A stretch of DNA of 64,000 bases from an uncultured Methanosarcinaceae archaeon (GTDB lineage Archaea > Halobacteriota > Methanosarcinia > Methanosarcinales > Methanosarcinaceae): the NCBI GenBank assembly GCA_963733675.1, contig CAVTET010000001.1, forward strand, positions 96,001 through 160,000. Direction: 5' to 3'. This document shows, piece after piece, positions 1 through 11,760 of the stretch. Within the stretch, counting starts at the first letter, position 1. The number at the start of each line of letters is the position of its first letter. The notes under the pieces are model-generated. The model ran no database searches. It saw only the letters and a program-made list of their open reading frames with translations, and was not told where the DNA came from. The position numbers and the translations under genes were made by a program.

Positions 1-183
1 TGCAATGAAAACAGTTGACAAAGAAATTGAAATTAACATACAGGGTTCATATGCGTGGTAAAATAAAGCAGTTGTTCTCTATAATTTTAATAAATTCGAT
101 GAAGCAATGAGATTCTGTAACAAAGCAATTGAAATTAACCCGCAACTCCGAAGCTTGGTACGATAAAAGCACCTTATCTAAAT
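1..183 (+). pseudogene. TPR-repeat protein remnant (3' part)
   Basis: Frame 2 reads DKEIEINIQGSYAW*NKAVVLYNFNKFDEAMRFCNKAIEINPQ, then frameshifts. TPR consensus with an internal stop. Confidence 0.75.
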
Positions 184-330
184 AAAATAAATTCAATTTG
201 TAATTTGAATAATTATTTTAATTTTCATGGGGGTAACAGTGGGTTTTCTACTAAATATCAATGATTAGATCATATTTAACATATTTATTCTGCAAATATT
301 TATTTATTTTATAATTATATAATCAGTATT

Positions 331-830
331 ATGTATAAGAAACTAATTATAATCGTACTTATGATAGTATTTATATCATTGATATCAACGATCTCTAGCG
401 CATCGACGGACTCACAAACTTTTGGTGATAAAGGAAACAGGTTTGATAGCTCAGGCCAACACGATGAAGCCATAAAAACCTATGACAAAGAATTGCAAGT
501 GACCGACTGGACGAAAATGCTTGGATCGGTAAAAGCGACTTTTTATCTAAATCATATAAGTGCGATGAAGTAATCAAAGTAGATAACCAAGCATGTGAAA
601 TTTTTTACAATCAAGGAGCAAATCTTGTGAACTCGGGCCAACGTGATGAAGCAATAAAAGTTTATGGCAAAGTACTTTTAAGGAAACCGGTGGGTTCAAA
701 AGCTTGAATCTGAAAGGGTGACACTCTTGAGAAATTAGGTAGATTAGATGAAGCATACACAGATATGATAAAACAGTGATCCGGGTGGTTTGACCAAAAA
801 AGCCATAATTATCGAAAAAATTAAGCAAAT
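331..830 (+). pseudogene. Secreted TPR-repeat protein, frameshifted
   Basis: Signal peptide, then KGNRFDSSGQHDEAIKTYDK. TPR-like text (ENAWIGK, NQGANLVNSGQRDEAIKVYGK, LEKLGRLDEA) continues in shifted frames past 573. Confidence 0.7.
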
Positions 831-1149
831 AAATCGTGGTTCTTAAACACAAAGAAGAGCTGTGATACTCTTGGTAAGATACATCTCCAATATTTTGGTT
901 GTTTCCATTTTTTACACAGATGCACAGATTTTGCTATAAAACCTATGCATCAATGAAACTGAGAAATCCTGTTTTATAATGAAAGAAGGGAATGCATGAC
1001 AATCATTTTTACAGAACTTTCCAGGGCTCTAGGCACTTATTTTATGGAAGAGTATATCTTAACCAAAGCCCAATAAGAGGTTATTAATAGATTAAAATGA
1101 ACAAATGCTGTATACCAAAGAAAAATCATCTCTATACGCTTGTAACTAA

Positions 1150-2475
1150 CTATACTATTTGAGTCAATGTCGGTGCTGAATGCGACATTTGGTTCCGTTG
1201 CAAAAGTTCTGGAAACAGTCTCATCCATAGAATTGCAATGATTATTGTACCAATTCCACCAAGTAACACAGCAGGTATAACCCCCAAAAAGGAGGCAGTT
1301 AACCCGGATTCAAATTCTCCAAGTTGATTTGATGTACCTATAAACATTGTATTTACGGCGTTTACTCTACCTCTCATATTATCTGGGGTTTCCATTGGTA
1401 TCAATGTTGAACGGACGACTACACTTACCACATCAGATGCTCCTAACATTATAAGTGATGTGAATGATAATACAAAAGAGTTTGATAAAGCGAAAATTAT
1501 GGCAAATATTCCAAAAAATATTACCACAACAAACATAATAAGCCCTACATTTCTCTTTAATGGCTTTAGTGCCAAAATAACGGAGAGTATCAATGCACCT
1601 ATGGCAGGTGCTGAACGCAACAATCCTAAACCTAAAGGTCCAATTTTTAAAATATTACTAGCATAAACCGGTAATAAGGCTGGAGCACCTCCAAATAATA
1701 CTGCAAAAAGGTCAAGGGATATTGCCCCAAGTATAACAGGCTTGCTTTTAATGAACGATATTCCCCCGAATATTGAATTTATGGTCAGTGGTTCAGAGTT
1801 TTGCTGCTCCTTCTTTATTGAAATGAAGAGAATAATCACACTTGTCGCCAAAGGTAATATACCAGCTATAGAGTACGCAACTGTGGGATTTAATGCATAA
1901 AGGACTCCTCCAATTGCTGGGCCTAGAATGATTGCAAACTGGGCTGTAGAGGTTGCTAAAGCAGCTACCTATGGGAAAAGTTCCTTGCTGACAACATTAG
2001 GTAGCAAAGATTTCATTGAAGGGCCTTGAAAAGCATTGGCAATACCTATAAAAAAGATAGTAACGAGAATTCCCTCTTTGGTAATCCATCCGTTATGACT
2101 TTCGAAAGCAAGAAAAAAAATCCCTATACTTTCTACAATTTAACTGAAACAAATTATCAACTTTCGGTCATAACGATCTGCTACATAGCCAACTACAAGA
2201 GTAAGTAGAAACATAGGTAAAAACTGTACTAATCCAACAAGTCCAAGATAAAAAGGCATTTGAGTAAGTGAATAAATTTGCCAACCTACAGCAACACTTA
2301 ATATTTGAAAAGCAATGGTGGTTGATATACGGGCAGCCAATAAGAGTATTAAGGATCTGTTTTGAAATGCAAGTGGAACTTTAAGTGGAAACATTCTATT
2401 ATTAGCTCCTTCTGATGGTAGTGCCTGGGAAGATGGAGATATCTTAGGGTTCTTCGAGGTGGCAGCGTGAGTCAA
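1150..2475 (-). pseudogene. MFS transporter, split by frameshifts
   Basis: N-terminal ORF 2140-2475 (AVGWQIY...GYVADRYDRK) and C-terminal ORF 1150-1851 (DLFAVLFGG, MRGRVNAVN), with a disrupted middle. Confidence 0.8.
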
Positions 2476-2754
2476 GCAGCCAGGGTCTGCACCTCAGTGT
2501 ACCGATATAGCTGCGAAAAAGATAAGTCCAGCGACTCTATTTCGGGCTTTAGTCTGTTGAGAGAACTGTGATTTTTGGTTTTGTTGCAAAATCAGTGTAA
2601 ACCTTTGCAATTAGGGAAGTTAATTATTCTTATCACCGGGAAACTAGTACACAAAGGCAATAATTGTAGTATCAAACTGCGGAAATATAATTTTTGCACC
2701 ACGACCTTTGATGGAGCTTCAAAGAAAGTGCATCAAATATCAAGATTAATATAA

Positions 2755-3339
2755 TTAATTCCTTATAGCCAACAGAAAATAGGCTTTAATGCTACTCGGT
2801 CCGAGTCCCGTATCGAAAGTTGAGTCTTTTATGTAAATAATGTTAAACAATGATTTGAAAGTAAGTTCTATTTCAGCTATTGAAATCCGCCTGAGCCCGT
2901 AGACTTTGTGCTCTTTCTCGGAAAAACAGAGCATGAAATATTTGCCGCCTGGTTTTAGCACTCTACGGACTTGCTGTGCAAAAACTGGTCTTTCCTCATC
3001 CGTCATCGCATCAAACAAACCCGAATCTATAATGAAATCAAATTCAGCCTCCATGAAAAGTCGGTCCATCTGTAACACATTTCCGACTACAAAATTCACT
3101 TTAACATGACGCTTTATGGCTTTTGCTTTTGCATCTTTGATAGCATCTTCAACAATGTCTATACCCGCGACATCACACCCATTTATGGCTAACATTATTG
3201 CATTATCACCCCGGCCACATCCAATATCCAGAGCTCTGCCAGGGTTAATTTCTCCGTCATTTATAAGAGCTTCGAAAACTGGCTGGGAATGACCGATGTC
3301 CCATGGTGGTGTGCCTATGTATGCTTTATTCCAATTCAA
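2755..3339 (-). CDS. Class I SAM-dependent methyltransferase
   Basis: PPWDIG N-terminus, ALDIGCGRG motif I, FDFIIDSGLF, LKPGG. Confidence 0.9.
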   Translation of the reverse strand: MNWNKAYIGTPPWDIGHSQPVFEALINDGEINPGRALDIGCGRGDNAIMLAINGCDVAGIDIVEDAIKDAKAKAIKRHVKVNFVVGNVLQMDRLFMEAEFDFIIDSGLFDAMTDEERPVFAQQVRRVLKPGGKYFMLCFSEKEHKVYGLRRISIAEIELTFKSLFNIIYIKDSTFDTGLGPSSIKAYFLLAIRN

Positions 3340-3939
3340 GCTAATCTTCTCACGACTAAAAATTCAGTTACAAATTCGATTACGGATGAATAATTTACTA
3401 ATTGATCATTGTATGCTTTTAGCTTTCCCTAAATAAAATTATCTGATCAACTATAATATAGTTTTCTCAAAATAAAAGATTTTATATTATTCTCTGATTT
3501 TTTATTCCATTGAAGAACCATGTACCGAAAGTTTCATAAAAAGGAATGTTTTTAATTTCTTGCTACGATTACAAAATGAGATTTCACGGCTACGTAGGTG
3601 CAGAGATTTTTGTGATTAAACCTGTGCATCAATGAAAGCAACAAAAAATGAAACTTTGTCAGCAAAACTATTGGCTCAGTATCCGACTTTTTAATAAAAC
3701 AATGTTAATATTAAAAGTTGTTCAATGTTAAAATATTTTATGGGGAAAGAAGTTTTATTCAGAAACTATTTTTTTTATAATTAATTTATAATAACTAACA
3801 AACTCAGTAATTAATGTAGTTCATCAAAATTTATTGGTGTACTAGAATGGATATCAACCAATTAATTTTTTGTAGCTTAAATAGTTACCAAAAAAATTCC
3901 AGTATAATTATCAATTTTAGTCATAAAGAAGTAAACTAA

Positions 3940-4310
3940 ATGTTGAAACAAAAAATTAGTAGAATAAAAAAGATACTGGTTATTTTGCTTTCAGTCCTTT
4001 TTGTAGCATCAGTGACAGCTATGGCAGCTGTTACTGCTCCGCATGGCGGACACGGTGGACATATCATCATCACCATCATCACCATCACGGGTACTGGGGA
4101 TATGGTTATTATGGTTATTATGGTGGTTATGGTGGTTATTATCCAGAACCAGCTGCAGTAGAACAAGTTGTCATAGGTGGATATGGCTACGGATACGATG
4201 GAGATGGATACTGGAACAGTTATCATCACTGGCACCGCCACCACCCCCATCACCACCATCACCATCACCACCATCATGGTCACGGACACGGTGGACACGG
4301 CCATCACTGA
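3940..4310 (+). pseudogene. Secreted His/Gly/Tyr-rich small protein with a 1-nt frameshift at about 4063
   Basis: Signal-like leader to HGGHGGH (3940-4062). The frame from 4065 reads H8-GYWGYGYYGYYGGYGGYYPEPAAVEQVVIGGYGYGYDGDGYWNSYHHWHRHHP-H10-GHGHGGHGHH and stops at TGA 4308-4310. Confidence 0.75.
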
Positions 4311-5155
4311 TAGATCTAATAAGATAAGTCACGGAGGTATGAAGCTAGTCAATATGAAATGAAACAGCATCATAGCCATCTTTTAAAGCCATAATGAATA
4401 AATTCCTGATAACTGCTTGAATTGATGGCTATATTTTATTACCCTTTAAGCTTAGGTCCATATGAAATAAAAATAGAATTCACTTATAATTCAAGATCTT
4501 ACAATAGAAGAAACATAACTCATGCATCTTTTTCTCCGTTCCTTTAAGTATGCTTTATTACCATCTGTATTTTCGTTTAGATCTTGTCCAACTACAGATT
4601 AGAAATTTACCAGCGCATTCTAGTGTACCATTTATTGGATTGTATTTGAATTGTCGTTGATATCGTTTGCAATAAAAGTAGCATTTTATCAAGTGAAGGA
4701 AATACATTGGATTTCAACATAATTTCTTTCTGTTCTGTGAGGTTTACTATTATTTTATACTGAATAACTCTATGCACAGTTTTTTTGTCATAAAATCTCT
4801 GGATTTCCTAAATGCCATCAATAATAAGAAAACATTGCTGAGATATTACTCATGGAGCTTATGAGACTTCTAGAACATATGGAGTTCCTGAAACACTTGG
4901 AACTAATTAACCCAAACAATCATCGTAAATAGAAAAATAAGGAAATAAGATTATGCTATTTTAAAAATATTGCTTTTAAAAGTGTAGATCGATAAGAATT
5001 TAAAGAAACCGTTAATTTTAATGAGCTATTTATAAATGATTCACAACATATTGCAAATTTAAGAGTTTATAATAATCTACTAGAATAACTCATAGGCACA
5101 ACTAAGAATCTATATAGTTTCAAATATGGAAATTTGAATAAATGGAGGAATCTAG

Positions 5156-5629
5156 TTGAATAACGTTGTAGGATCAGAAGATAATAATCAAGATAATTTT
5201 CTTGAATACCGGAATGTAAATGTCCATGAAGCTTATAAAATGGTCATAAGCAACGCATTTGTTCCAAGTGATAAAGTATTCATTCTGGATGTTCGTACTC
5301 CGGCAGAATACAACTATACACATATTGAAGGAGCAAATTTGATACCATTGAGAAATGTACCGTTACATGATCCTGTTAATTTATCCGATAAAGAGCTGTT
5401 AGCGTGGCATATCCAAAATAATAAAGATTTGCCAAAAAACAAATGTACAAAAATACTTGTCCATTGCTTGAGTGGGAAAAGAGGTTCCATTGCAAGCCAA
5501 ATGCTGGTAGATTCTGGTTATAAAAGAGTCAATAACATACAAGGCGGTATCACAGCATGGGTAAATGCAGGGTATCCAGTTGTAGTTAACCTTAATTTTT
5601 GGACAGTTAATTATCCTAAGGTAATGTAG
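5156..5629 (+). CDS. Rhodanese-like domain protein
   Basis: ILDVRTPAEY, HIEGA, active-site loop HCLSGKRG, GGITAW. Confidence 0.9.
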   Translation: MNNVVGSEDNNQDNFLEYRNVNVHEAYKMVISNAFVPSDKVFILDVRTPAEYNYTHIEGANLIPLRNVPLHDPVNLSDKELLAWHIQNNKDLPKNKCTKILVHCLSGKRGSIASQMLVDSGYKRVNNIQGGITAWVNAGYPVVVNLNFWTVNYPKVM

Positions 5630-6464
5630 CAACGCATTGATATTAGTTTAACTATACTTTTAGTGGTAAATTTTTGGCAATCTATTTAATTAATTTTTTG
5701 AGCCTGTCCCAAAACAAATTAGCCAGTGTACTGAAAGTTCTGTAAAATGATTGTTCTCAATATTTATCTTTCAGTAAAAAACAGGATTTTTAGGTTTCCT
5801 TCATCCACAGGTTTTCGCACAAAACTTGTGCATGAATAAAAAATAAATCATTTATTTTGTAACAAAGAAAAGGGTATAAATTAATGGTTGATTTCTTCTG
5901 ACTCATTATTATTAGCAATGCCATGAATTTGACTTTAATTGTCCAATTTTAAAACATTTTATGTGGAAATAATTTTTATTCGAAAACTATTTTTCATGTA
6001 ATTAATTTAAAATAACTATAGATGTAATTGCATATTGTAGCTTAAAGTGAAAAAAAATCAAAACGTTGCTTGAAGCAAACAGGTCAAAACAATAAATCAG
6101 AAAAAAATACAACAATAAGTGTTATTTTCAGTAAGTAAGAAATAACACTGATTTGTTTTATTTGAAGATTCTTAATACTTTCTGAGGCTGATAGATATCT
6201 AAATGCGAAGAGAGCAGTACATCTTATGGTTGCAGGCATGGCTGGCGGCGCATTTTGGGTATCTTGATATGAATGTTTGCTTTGGCCCTCTTAATCACGA
6301 AATCTATTGAAAACAAGGTACTAGAGATTAAACGAGTTCAAAGCATAAATAATCCGCCCATCTCATTTCATGAAGATGGTCTTAAATTTGAAGTCAGTTT
6401 TGATTCTGTTGAATAACTAAAGGGCTGTAACTAAATTATATCATACGTAGCTTATGGAGTTGAG

Positions 6465-6834
6465 ATTGTAACTAATCCAAATTTTTTATCAGTAAGTACG
6501 CTCAAAGGACATGTAGTTGTTAATAGGGCTAAAGAGGATCTGGGAAAGATCGAAGACTTGATGATTGATTTGGAAAATGATAGAATAGCACATGCAGTAC
6601 TTTCTTTTGGTGGATTCTTTGGTATGGGTAATAAATTCTTTGCTGTTCCTTGGAAGGCTATTGAATTGAGGCTCTATCAATACACATTGATCATCACTCT
6701 TAATTATCGATAAAGAAGTTCTAAAAGGAGCAGAAGGCGTTGATAAGGATAAATTGCCTATAACGAATGAGGAGCTATTTAAATTATATACTCACTATGG
6801 CTATGAGCCTTACTGGCAGATTCATCAGCAATAA
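6465..6834 (+). pseudogene. PRC-barrel domain protein, frameshifted
   Basis: LSVSTLKGHVVVNRAKEDLGKIEDLMIDLENDRIAHAVLSFGGFFGMGNKFFAVPW, frameshift near 6705, then ...YTHYGYEPYW. No intact start codon. Confidence 0.8.
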
Positions 6835-6922
6835 AAAGGATTCGTTTCACATTCACTTTTGAAGCGTCAAATGCGATGACTTTCAAAAGTTGGAAAGAAA
6901 CTTTAGAAAAGAGGGAGTATAA

Positions 6923-7102
6923 ATGAAAACAAGTACGAAGGATCAAGTAGAAGGTAAGCTTCACCAAGTGAAGGGAGAGATCAAGGAGACCGTCGGGAAA
7001 CTTATCAATGATTTCCACTTGAAAGCCGAAGGTAATGTTGAAAAGAAAGAAGGACAGGCGCAAGAAAAGGTAGGTCAAATAAAGAAAATCCTGGAAAAGT
7101 AA
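6923..7102 (+). CDS. CsbD family stress protein (59 aa, below the ORF-track cutoff)
   Basis: MKTSTKDQVEGKLHQVKGEIKETVGKLINDFHLKAEGNVEKKEGQAQEKVGQIKKILEK, with a GGGAG RBS-like site upstream. Confidence 0.85.
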   Translation: MKTSTKDQVEGKLHQVKGEIKETVGKLINDFHLKAEGNVEKKEGQAQEKVGQIKKILEK

Positions 7103-7679
7103 AAAGCGGCGTATTACGCGTCATACATTACCCTTTTCTTTCTTTTTCTAGTATTAAATTTTTTTGAACTTATTACATAGATAATAGAAATATATAAATT
7201 TCTACCGATTACATCCTCAATAAATCCAAAAATAACCTGAAAAATATCGTTTTACCATTTTTAGATATCATGAGACTGTTAATAAGAGATATTAATAATT
7301 CTGTTAGCTATTCTACAAAAGTATAATTTTCTATATATTTGCTTGATCTCGTTTCCATGGTTCCTGTTAAACGTTTAGAGTGTAGTTAGATAGTACTTTT
7401 GTAAAATTTTAAAATGCTTCTTGTAAGAGCTTAGAATCATAATTTCGATAAACCCTCATTTTCAACAAATTGCTTATACGTGTATTATAAATACTCAGTC
7501 AAAAATTGGGTTTATCGAAATACTCTCTATTATTTTTGGGATTTTTGATTATTTTAAATATTGTGCATTAAAGTTGAGTTAGTTTTAGGGACGGCCTTGG
7601 TACTAAATTATGGAAATTAACAAAAATAATTAAAAATTATGTATTTAATATCAAAATATTGTTTGCTTTTATAATTTGG

Positions 7680-8534
7680 GGTTCCGTTGCAAAAAATTCA
7701 AAAAAATATGTAAATCTATAAGTAATGAATACAAATCAAAATATTCAAGGAAAATGTATTAACATTATAAAACTATACCAAACAATTGATTAATGTATTT
7801 GACTTCATTAAAAACAGAGTAATTTAGATTATTGACTTGTCCTTTTTTGATCATATTCATAGCTTCAATTCCTTTTAAAGTCTTATTAGCAGATTGAAAA
7901 GACTGAAATCCTAACATTGGATTAACGATTCGCTTTATAAATCTATGATCTTGTTCTATAATGTTATTCAAATACTTGATTTGTCTAATGCCTACGTTTT
8001 TAGGTAGTATTTTATCATTTTTCAGTTTATCTATAGCATGTGGATAAGCTGGATTCTTATAAACAGTTATTACTCTTGGAATTTGATTATGATTTGAACT
8101 TAAAGCTTTCTTAAAAAATCTCTTCGCTGCTTTTCGATTTCGTTTTGCACTTAACATGAAATCAATTGTCTCTCCATTTGAATCAACTGCTCGATAAAGA
8201 TATTTCCATTTACCTTTTACTTTGATATAGGTTTCATCAACTCTCCACGAATAGTTTGTTAGTCTTAAATGTTTTCTTATCTTCTTTTCTATTTCAGGGG
8301 AATATTGATGTACCCATCTCATTATAGTACTGTGATCAACTTGAATTCCTCTTTCTATCATCATTTCCTTTAAATTTCTATAGCTCGATGGATATTTTAA
8401 GTACCATCTTACATTTAATAAAATAATTTTTCCTTCATAATGCTTCCATTTAAAGGAATTAGATAGCATATTACTATCTTTGGTTTTCTTTTTATTCTAT
8501 TGTATCATTAGAAAGGATTTTTTGCAACGGAACC
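7680..8534 (-). mobile_element. IS6-family insertion sequence, complete
   Basis: TIRs GGTTCCGTTGCAAAAAA / TTTTTTGCAACGGAACC and an 8-bp target duplication TAATTTGG (7672-7679, 8535-8542). Confidence 0.95.
7765..8469 (-). CDS. IS6-family DDE transposase
   Basis: WRVDETYIKVKGKWKYLYRAVD and NNIIEQDHRFIK motifs. The second catalytic D appears to be replaced (ITVYK instead of ITVDK). Confidence 0.92.
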   Translation of the reverse strand: MLSNSFKWKHYEGKIILLNVRWYLKYPSSYRNLKEMMIERGIQVDHSTIMRWVHQYSPEIEKKIRKHLRLTNYSWRVDETYIKVKGKWKYLYRAVDSNGETIDFMLSAKRNRKAAKRFFKKALSSNHNQIPRVITVYKNPAYPHAIDKLKNDKILPKNVGIRQIKYLNNIIEQDHRFIKRIVNPMLGFQSFQSANKTLKGIEAMNMIKKGQVNNLNYSVFNEVKYINQLFGIVL

Positions 8535-8653
8535 TAATTTGGTATGTGGAAATAATTTTTATTAATAAACATTTTTTCGTATAAAAAAATAAAAATAATG
8601 TAAGTAAACATTATATTTTGAAGTTTATATCAGATGAATCAAAAGCTAATAGA

Positions 8654-9035
8654 TCAAAAGAAGTAATTGCCAGGAAGATATTGTCCAGGTAATAGCATAT
8701 GAGTTATATTTTCAATAGTTATAGGCTCTAATTTTAATATCCAGAATATTGAAGAAATCACTACGGAATAAAAAAATACCTGAGTCCATAGGTCAATTAC
8801 TTTTTTAAACTGATATTTCTTATTTATTTGGAAAAAACCGCTGATTAAAATAAAACAGTCTACTGCGACAACACAAAAACTTTGGAATGCATTTGCAATG
8901 TTAAAATTAATATCAGATGAATTTAAATTATGTAATGCTCCGCAATACCCTATATAGTGAAGGCATATAATCATTAAGATTAAAATAATTCTTAAAAATT
9001 CAAAATTTGAATCCCGAATTGCCTTTTAAATCATC
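8654..9035 (-). pseudogene. Acyltransferase-3 (O-acetyltransferase) N-terminal fragment
   Basis: RDSNFEFLRIILILMIICLH and AVDCFILISGF motifs; truncated just before the IS6. Confidence 0.7.
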
Positions 9036-9723
9036 TAGTTGTTATCCAAATTGTAAATTGCTTTTAACTTCTCTAAGTAAAACCACAAAATCGTTTACTT
9101 TAGTAATATAAAATAACGTCACTTTTTATGTTGATATATAATGTAACGTCGATTATTAATATTTAAAGTGTTTGAAATTAGTTATTAATCTTTTTAGTTA
9201 CTGTTTTAATTTTTGTATATGACCTTATTTAAAGTGTCTTTTGTATACAACTTTTTGGCTTTTGAATATTACGTATCTTTTAGTAAAATCTATGTATTAT
9301 TTCTTAAATTTGACTAAAAATAACCTCTAATTTAGGGCGAAGCTGAAAAAATGCAGATATTTTACGACAAAAAAACTGTGCATTGGTAAAAACGGTAAAG
9401 TTCATTTTTGTGGCACAGTAAATTATATAAAATTGATCAGAATTTACAGAAATTTCAGTACACTGCTGAGTAATGCTTCGTGAATTTCCCTGGAATTCAA
9501 ACACTGTGAAAGTTTGTTCTATACAGGAGATGTCAGACAATTCAATTTTGAGATAAAAAGATAACAAAAAGGAAGAATTTAAGATCTTTAAATTGAAAAA
9601 AAGGAATTAAGTTTATTGCTTTTAGGAATTGTCTAACAATTTCCATTAGGCGAAGAAGAAAGTAGTAGGCTAAAAAGTGCACTTGCAATTCCCTCGCCTA
9701 AGTAGTAGATAGCTCTTCATTTC

Positions 9724-11607
9724 TTATTCGACCACAGCAATGCGATCTCTGGGTCCTGAAGATACTGGAGAGGAATGATTAAAGTAATCGACTATAGCAT
9801 CTATATCCAGAGATCCCCTAGTCCTATTGATTCCTGCCTTCAGGATAGATAAATTATCGCCTCCATCGGCCAGAAAGCTGTCTACTGTTACGCGATAAAG
9901 GCTACTCGGATTGATAGAAGTACCCTTGATCTTTATGCTGGATATATTGACCTTTTTGCCCAGGGGAGCACTTTTGTTCCAAGTATAGCCGAAGCCTTTT
10001 GAGACTTGTAATCTGTCTTTATCTCCAAGATATGTGTTGTCGAACTGTTGCTCTAATAAGGCGTCTATTTGAGTTCCATTCAAGGTCATTGTGACTAAGT
10101 TCTCTCCGAAAGGTTGAACGCTGAAGGCTTCATTATACGTGATATTAGCTGGTAGTTTACTTCCACTCAAAATTAGGTTAGAACGAATGCCACCTGGGTT
10201 CGTGAAAGCTACCACAGCACCGCCATAACAATTTGGGTTAGAGGTTGCATAGAGCTGGGCATCGGCTATGAGATCGCCCAGGGCGGATTCACCTGAATCA
10301 TTAGGTGTTGTTGTAATATTATCCGTGATGTTTCCGATCACCTTGTTTGCAAGGGGTGCAAGCAGACATTTATATTTCTTGACCAACTCGGCTACTCCGG
10401 AATCTGTAGGAACATTTCTGGACACTATAATGTTTTTGGCACTTTTCTCGATCACATTATGAGTCTTATTGCTGATCGTCAGATTGATATCTGTAAGTAC
10501 GGTTCCCTGCGCGTAAGCTTGTGTCAGTATGTGACCATCGATAAGCGTGTTATAGGCTTGATGAGTGTGGCCGGTGATGAATACAGTCACTGCACGATCG
10601 GTATGTTTGACTACATCTAAAATATGGCTACTCTTAGTTATATTCAGTTGCTCGTTGTATAATGAATCCTTATCCTGAGAGACTCCTCCATCGTGTATGA
10701 GCACCACTATGGTTTTTACCCCCATATGCTTCAGCTTCTTGACGTATTTGTTAATGGTCTCAGTTTCATTTAGAAATTTGAGTCCTTTTACTGCGAAAGG
10801 ACTAACTGTCGTTGGTGTATTCTCCAGGGCTATTCCAATGAATCCTATGGGCATTCCCTGAACATAGGTAATATTGTAAGCAGGGAATATTGTGGAGTTA
10901 GTGCTCTCATTGACTAAGTTCGCAGCCAGGAAATGGAAGTGTGCTCCTTCAAAGGATGAATTCCCCAGGTAGGCATCTTTCGGGTTACAATCGCCTTTTT
11001 GAACGCGTATTAGCTTGTTTAGTCCTTTATCGAACTCGTGGTTACCAACTGCTGAAAACTCGACTCCCATCATGTTGAGAGCCATTATTGTTGGATCGTC
11101 GTTGAAGTGGGCTGAGATCAGGGGGCTAGCACCTATGTTGTCACCAGCTGAAACTATGATTGTATTTGGGTTCATAGATTTAAGTTTCTTTATGTGAGCT
11201 GCTAGATATTCAGCACCTCCAGCATTGCCATATATATTATTCGTTTTATTGTGTCCTATAATCATTTGGCTGCTGGGTGGCTCAAGCTGGCCGTGGAAAT
11301 CATTAATAGCCAGGATCTGGACTACGATATTATCCTTTTTGCTAATGGAAGAATAAACACCTGCACGATCACACCTAGTAAGTGAATTCGGCGGATTAAT
11401 TTCAATTGCTTTGTCATATGCGTTTATTGCTTTATCGAATTTATTAAAATTAGGTACATTGTTGCTGCTGGAATTTTGAATACCCGAAAATTGTGCCGTG
11501 CTTGCGATACTCATTAGAATTAAGAATACCAATACAGTGATACCTACAGCAATTATGTAGGTATGCTTTCTATTTGCTTTATCAAATGATATTTTTATCA
11601 TTTTCAA
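9724..11607 (-). CDS. Secreted bifunctional metallophosphatase/5'-nucleotidase with an N-terminal TPR-like segment
   Basis: NDFHG, AGD, GNHEFD, GHTH motifs; C-terminal NPGGIR, QPFGE, FLADGGD; N-terminal hydrophobic helix. Confidence 0.92.
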   Translation of the reverse strand: MKMIKISFDKANRKHTYIIAVGITVLVFLILMSIASTAQFSGIQNSSSNNVPNFNKFDKAINAYDKAIEINPPNSLTRCDRAGVYSSISKKDNIVVQILAINDFHGQLEPPSSQMIIGHNKTNNIYGNAGGAEYLAAHIKKLKSMNPNTIIVSAGDNIGASPLISAHFNDDPTIMALNMMGVEFSAVGNHEFDKGLNKLIRVQKGDCNPKDAYLGNSSFEGAHFHFLAANLVNESTNSTIFPAYNITYVQGMPIGFIGIALENTPTTVSPFAVKGLKFLNETETINKYVKKLKHMGVKTIVVLIHDGGVSQDKDSLYNEQLNITKSSHILDVVKHTDRAVTVFITGHTHQAYNTLIDGHILTQAYAQGTVLTDINLTISNKTHNVIEKSAKNIIVSRNVPTDSGVAELVKKYKCLLAPLANKVIGNITDNITTTPNDSGESALGDLIADAQLYATSNPNCYGGAVVAFTNPGGIRSNLILSGSKLPANITYNEAFSVQPFGENLVTMTLNGTQIDALLEQQFDNTYLGDKDRLQVSKGFGYTWNKSAPLGKKVNISSIKIKGTSINPSSLYRVTVDSFLADGGDNLSILKAGINRTRGSLDIDAIVDYFNHSSPVSSGPRDRIAVVE

Positions 11608-11760
11608 GCCTCTTTATAGGGGTTTAAACATTAATGACGAAAAAAATAATTACAACATTAGAAGTACTAAACAAAAATTTGATTTTGAAATTACAACAAA
11701 CTTGAAAGACTGCTTTTTTACATTCTTTTCTGAACTTTGGAGTTAAGTAAGCTGGCTTAC

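Noticed and set aside
1191-1205. 15-bp match to the IS6 TIR (GGTTCCGTTGCAAAA)
   Set aside because: It points into intact MFS coding sequence, with no partner end or transposase. Treated as coincidence.
3936-4362. ORF-track calls 3936-4307(-), 4043-4327(+) and 4177-4362(+)
   Set aside because: Off-frame or antisense shadows of the CAT/CAC/GGT/TAT repeats of the His/Gly/Tyr-rich gene.
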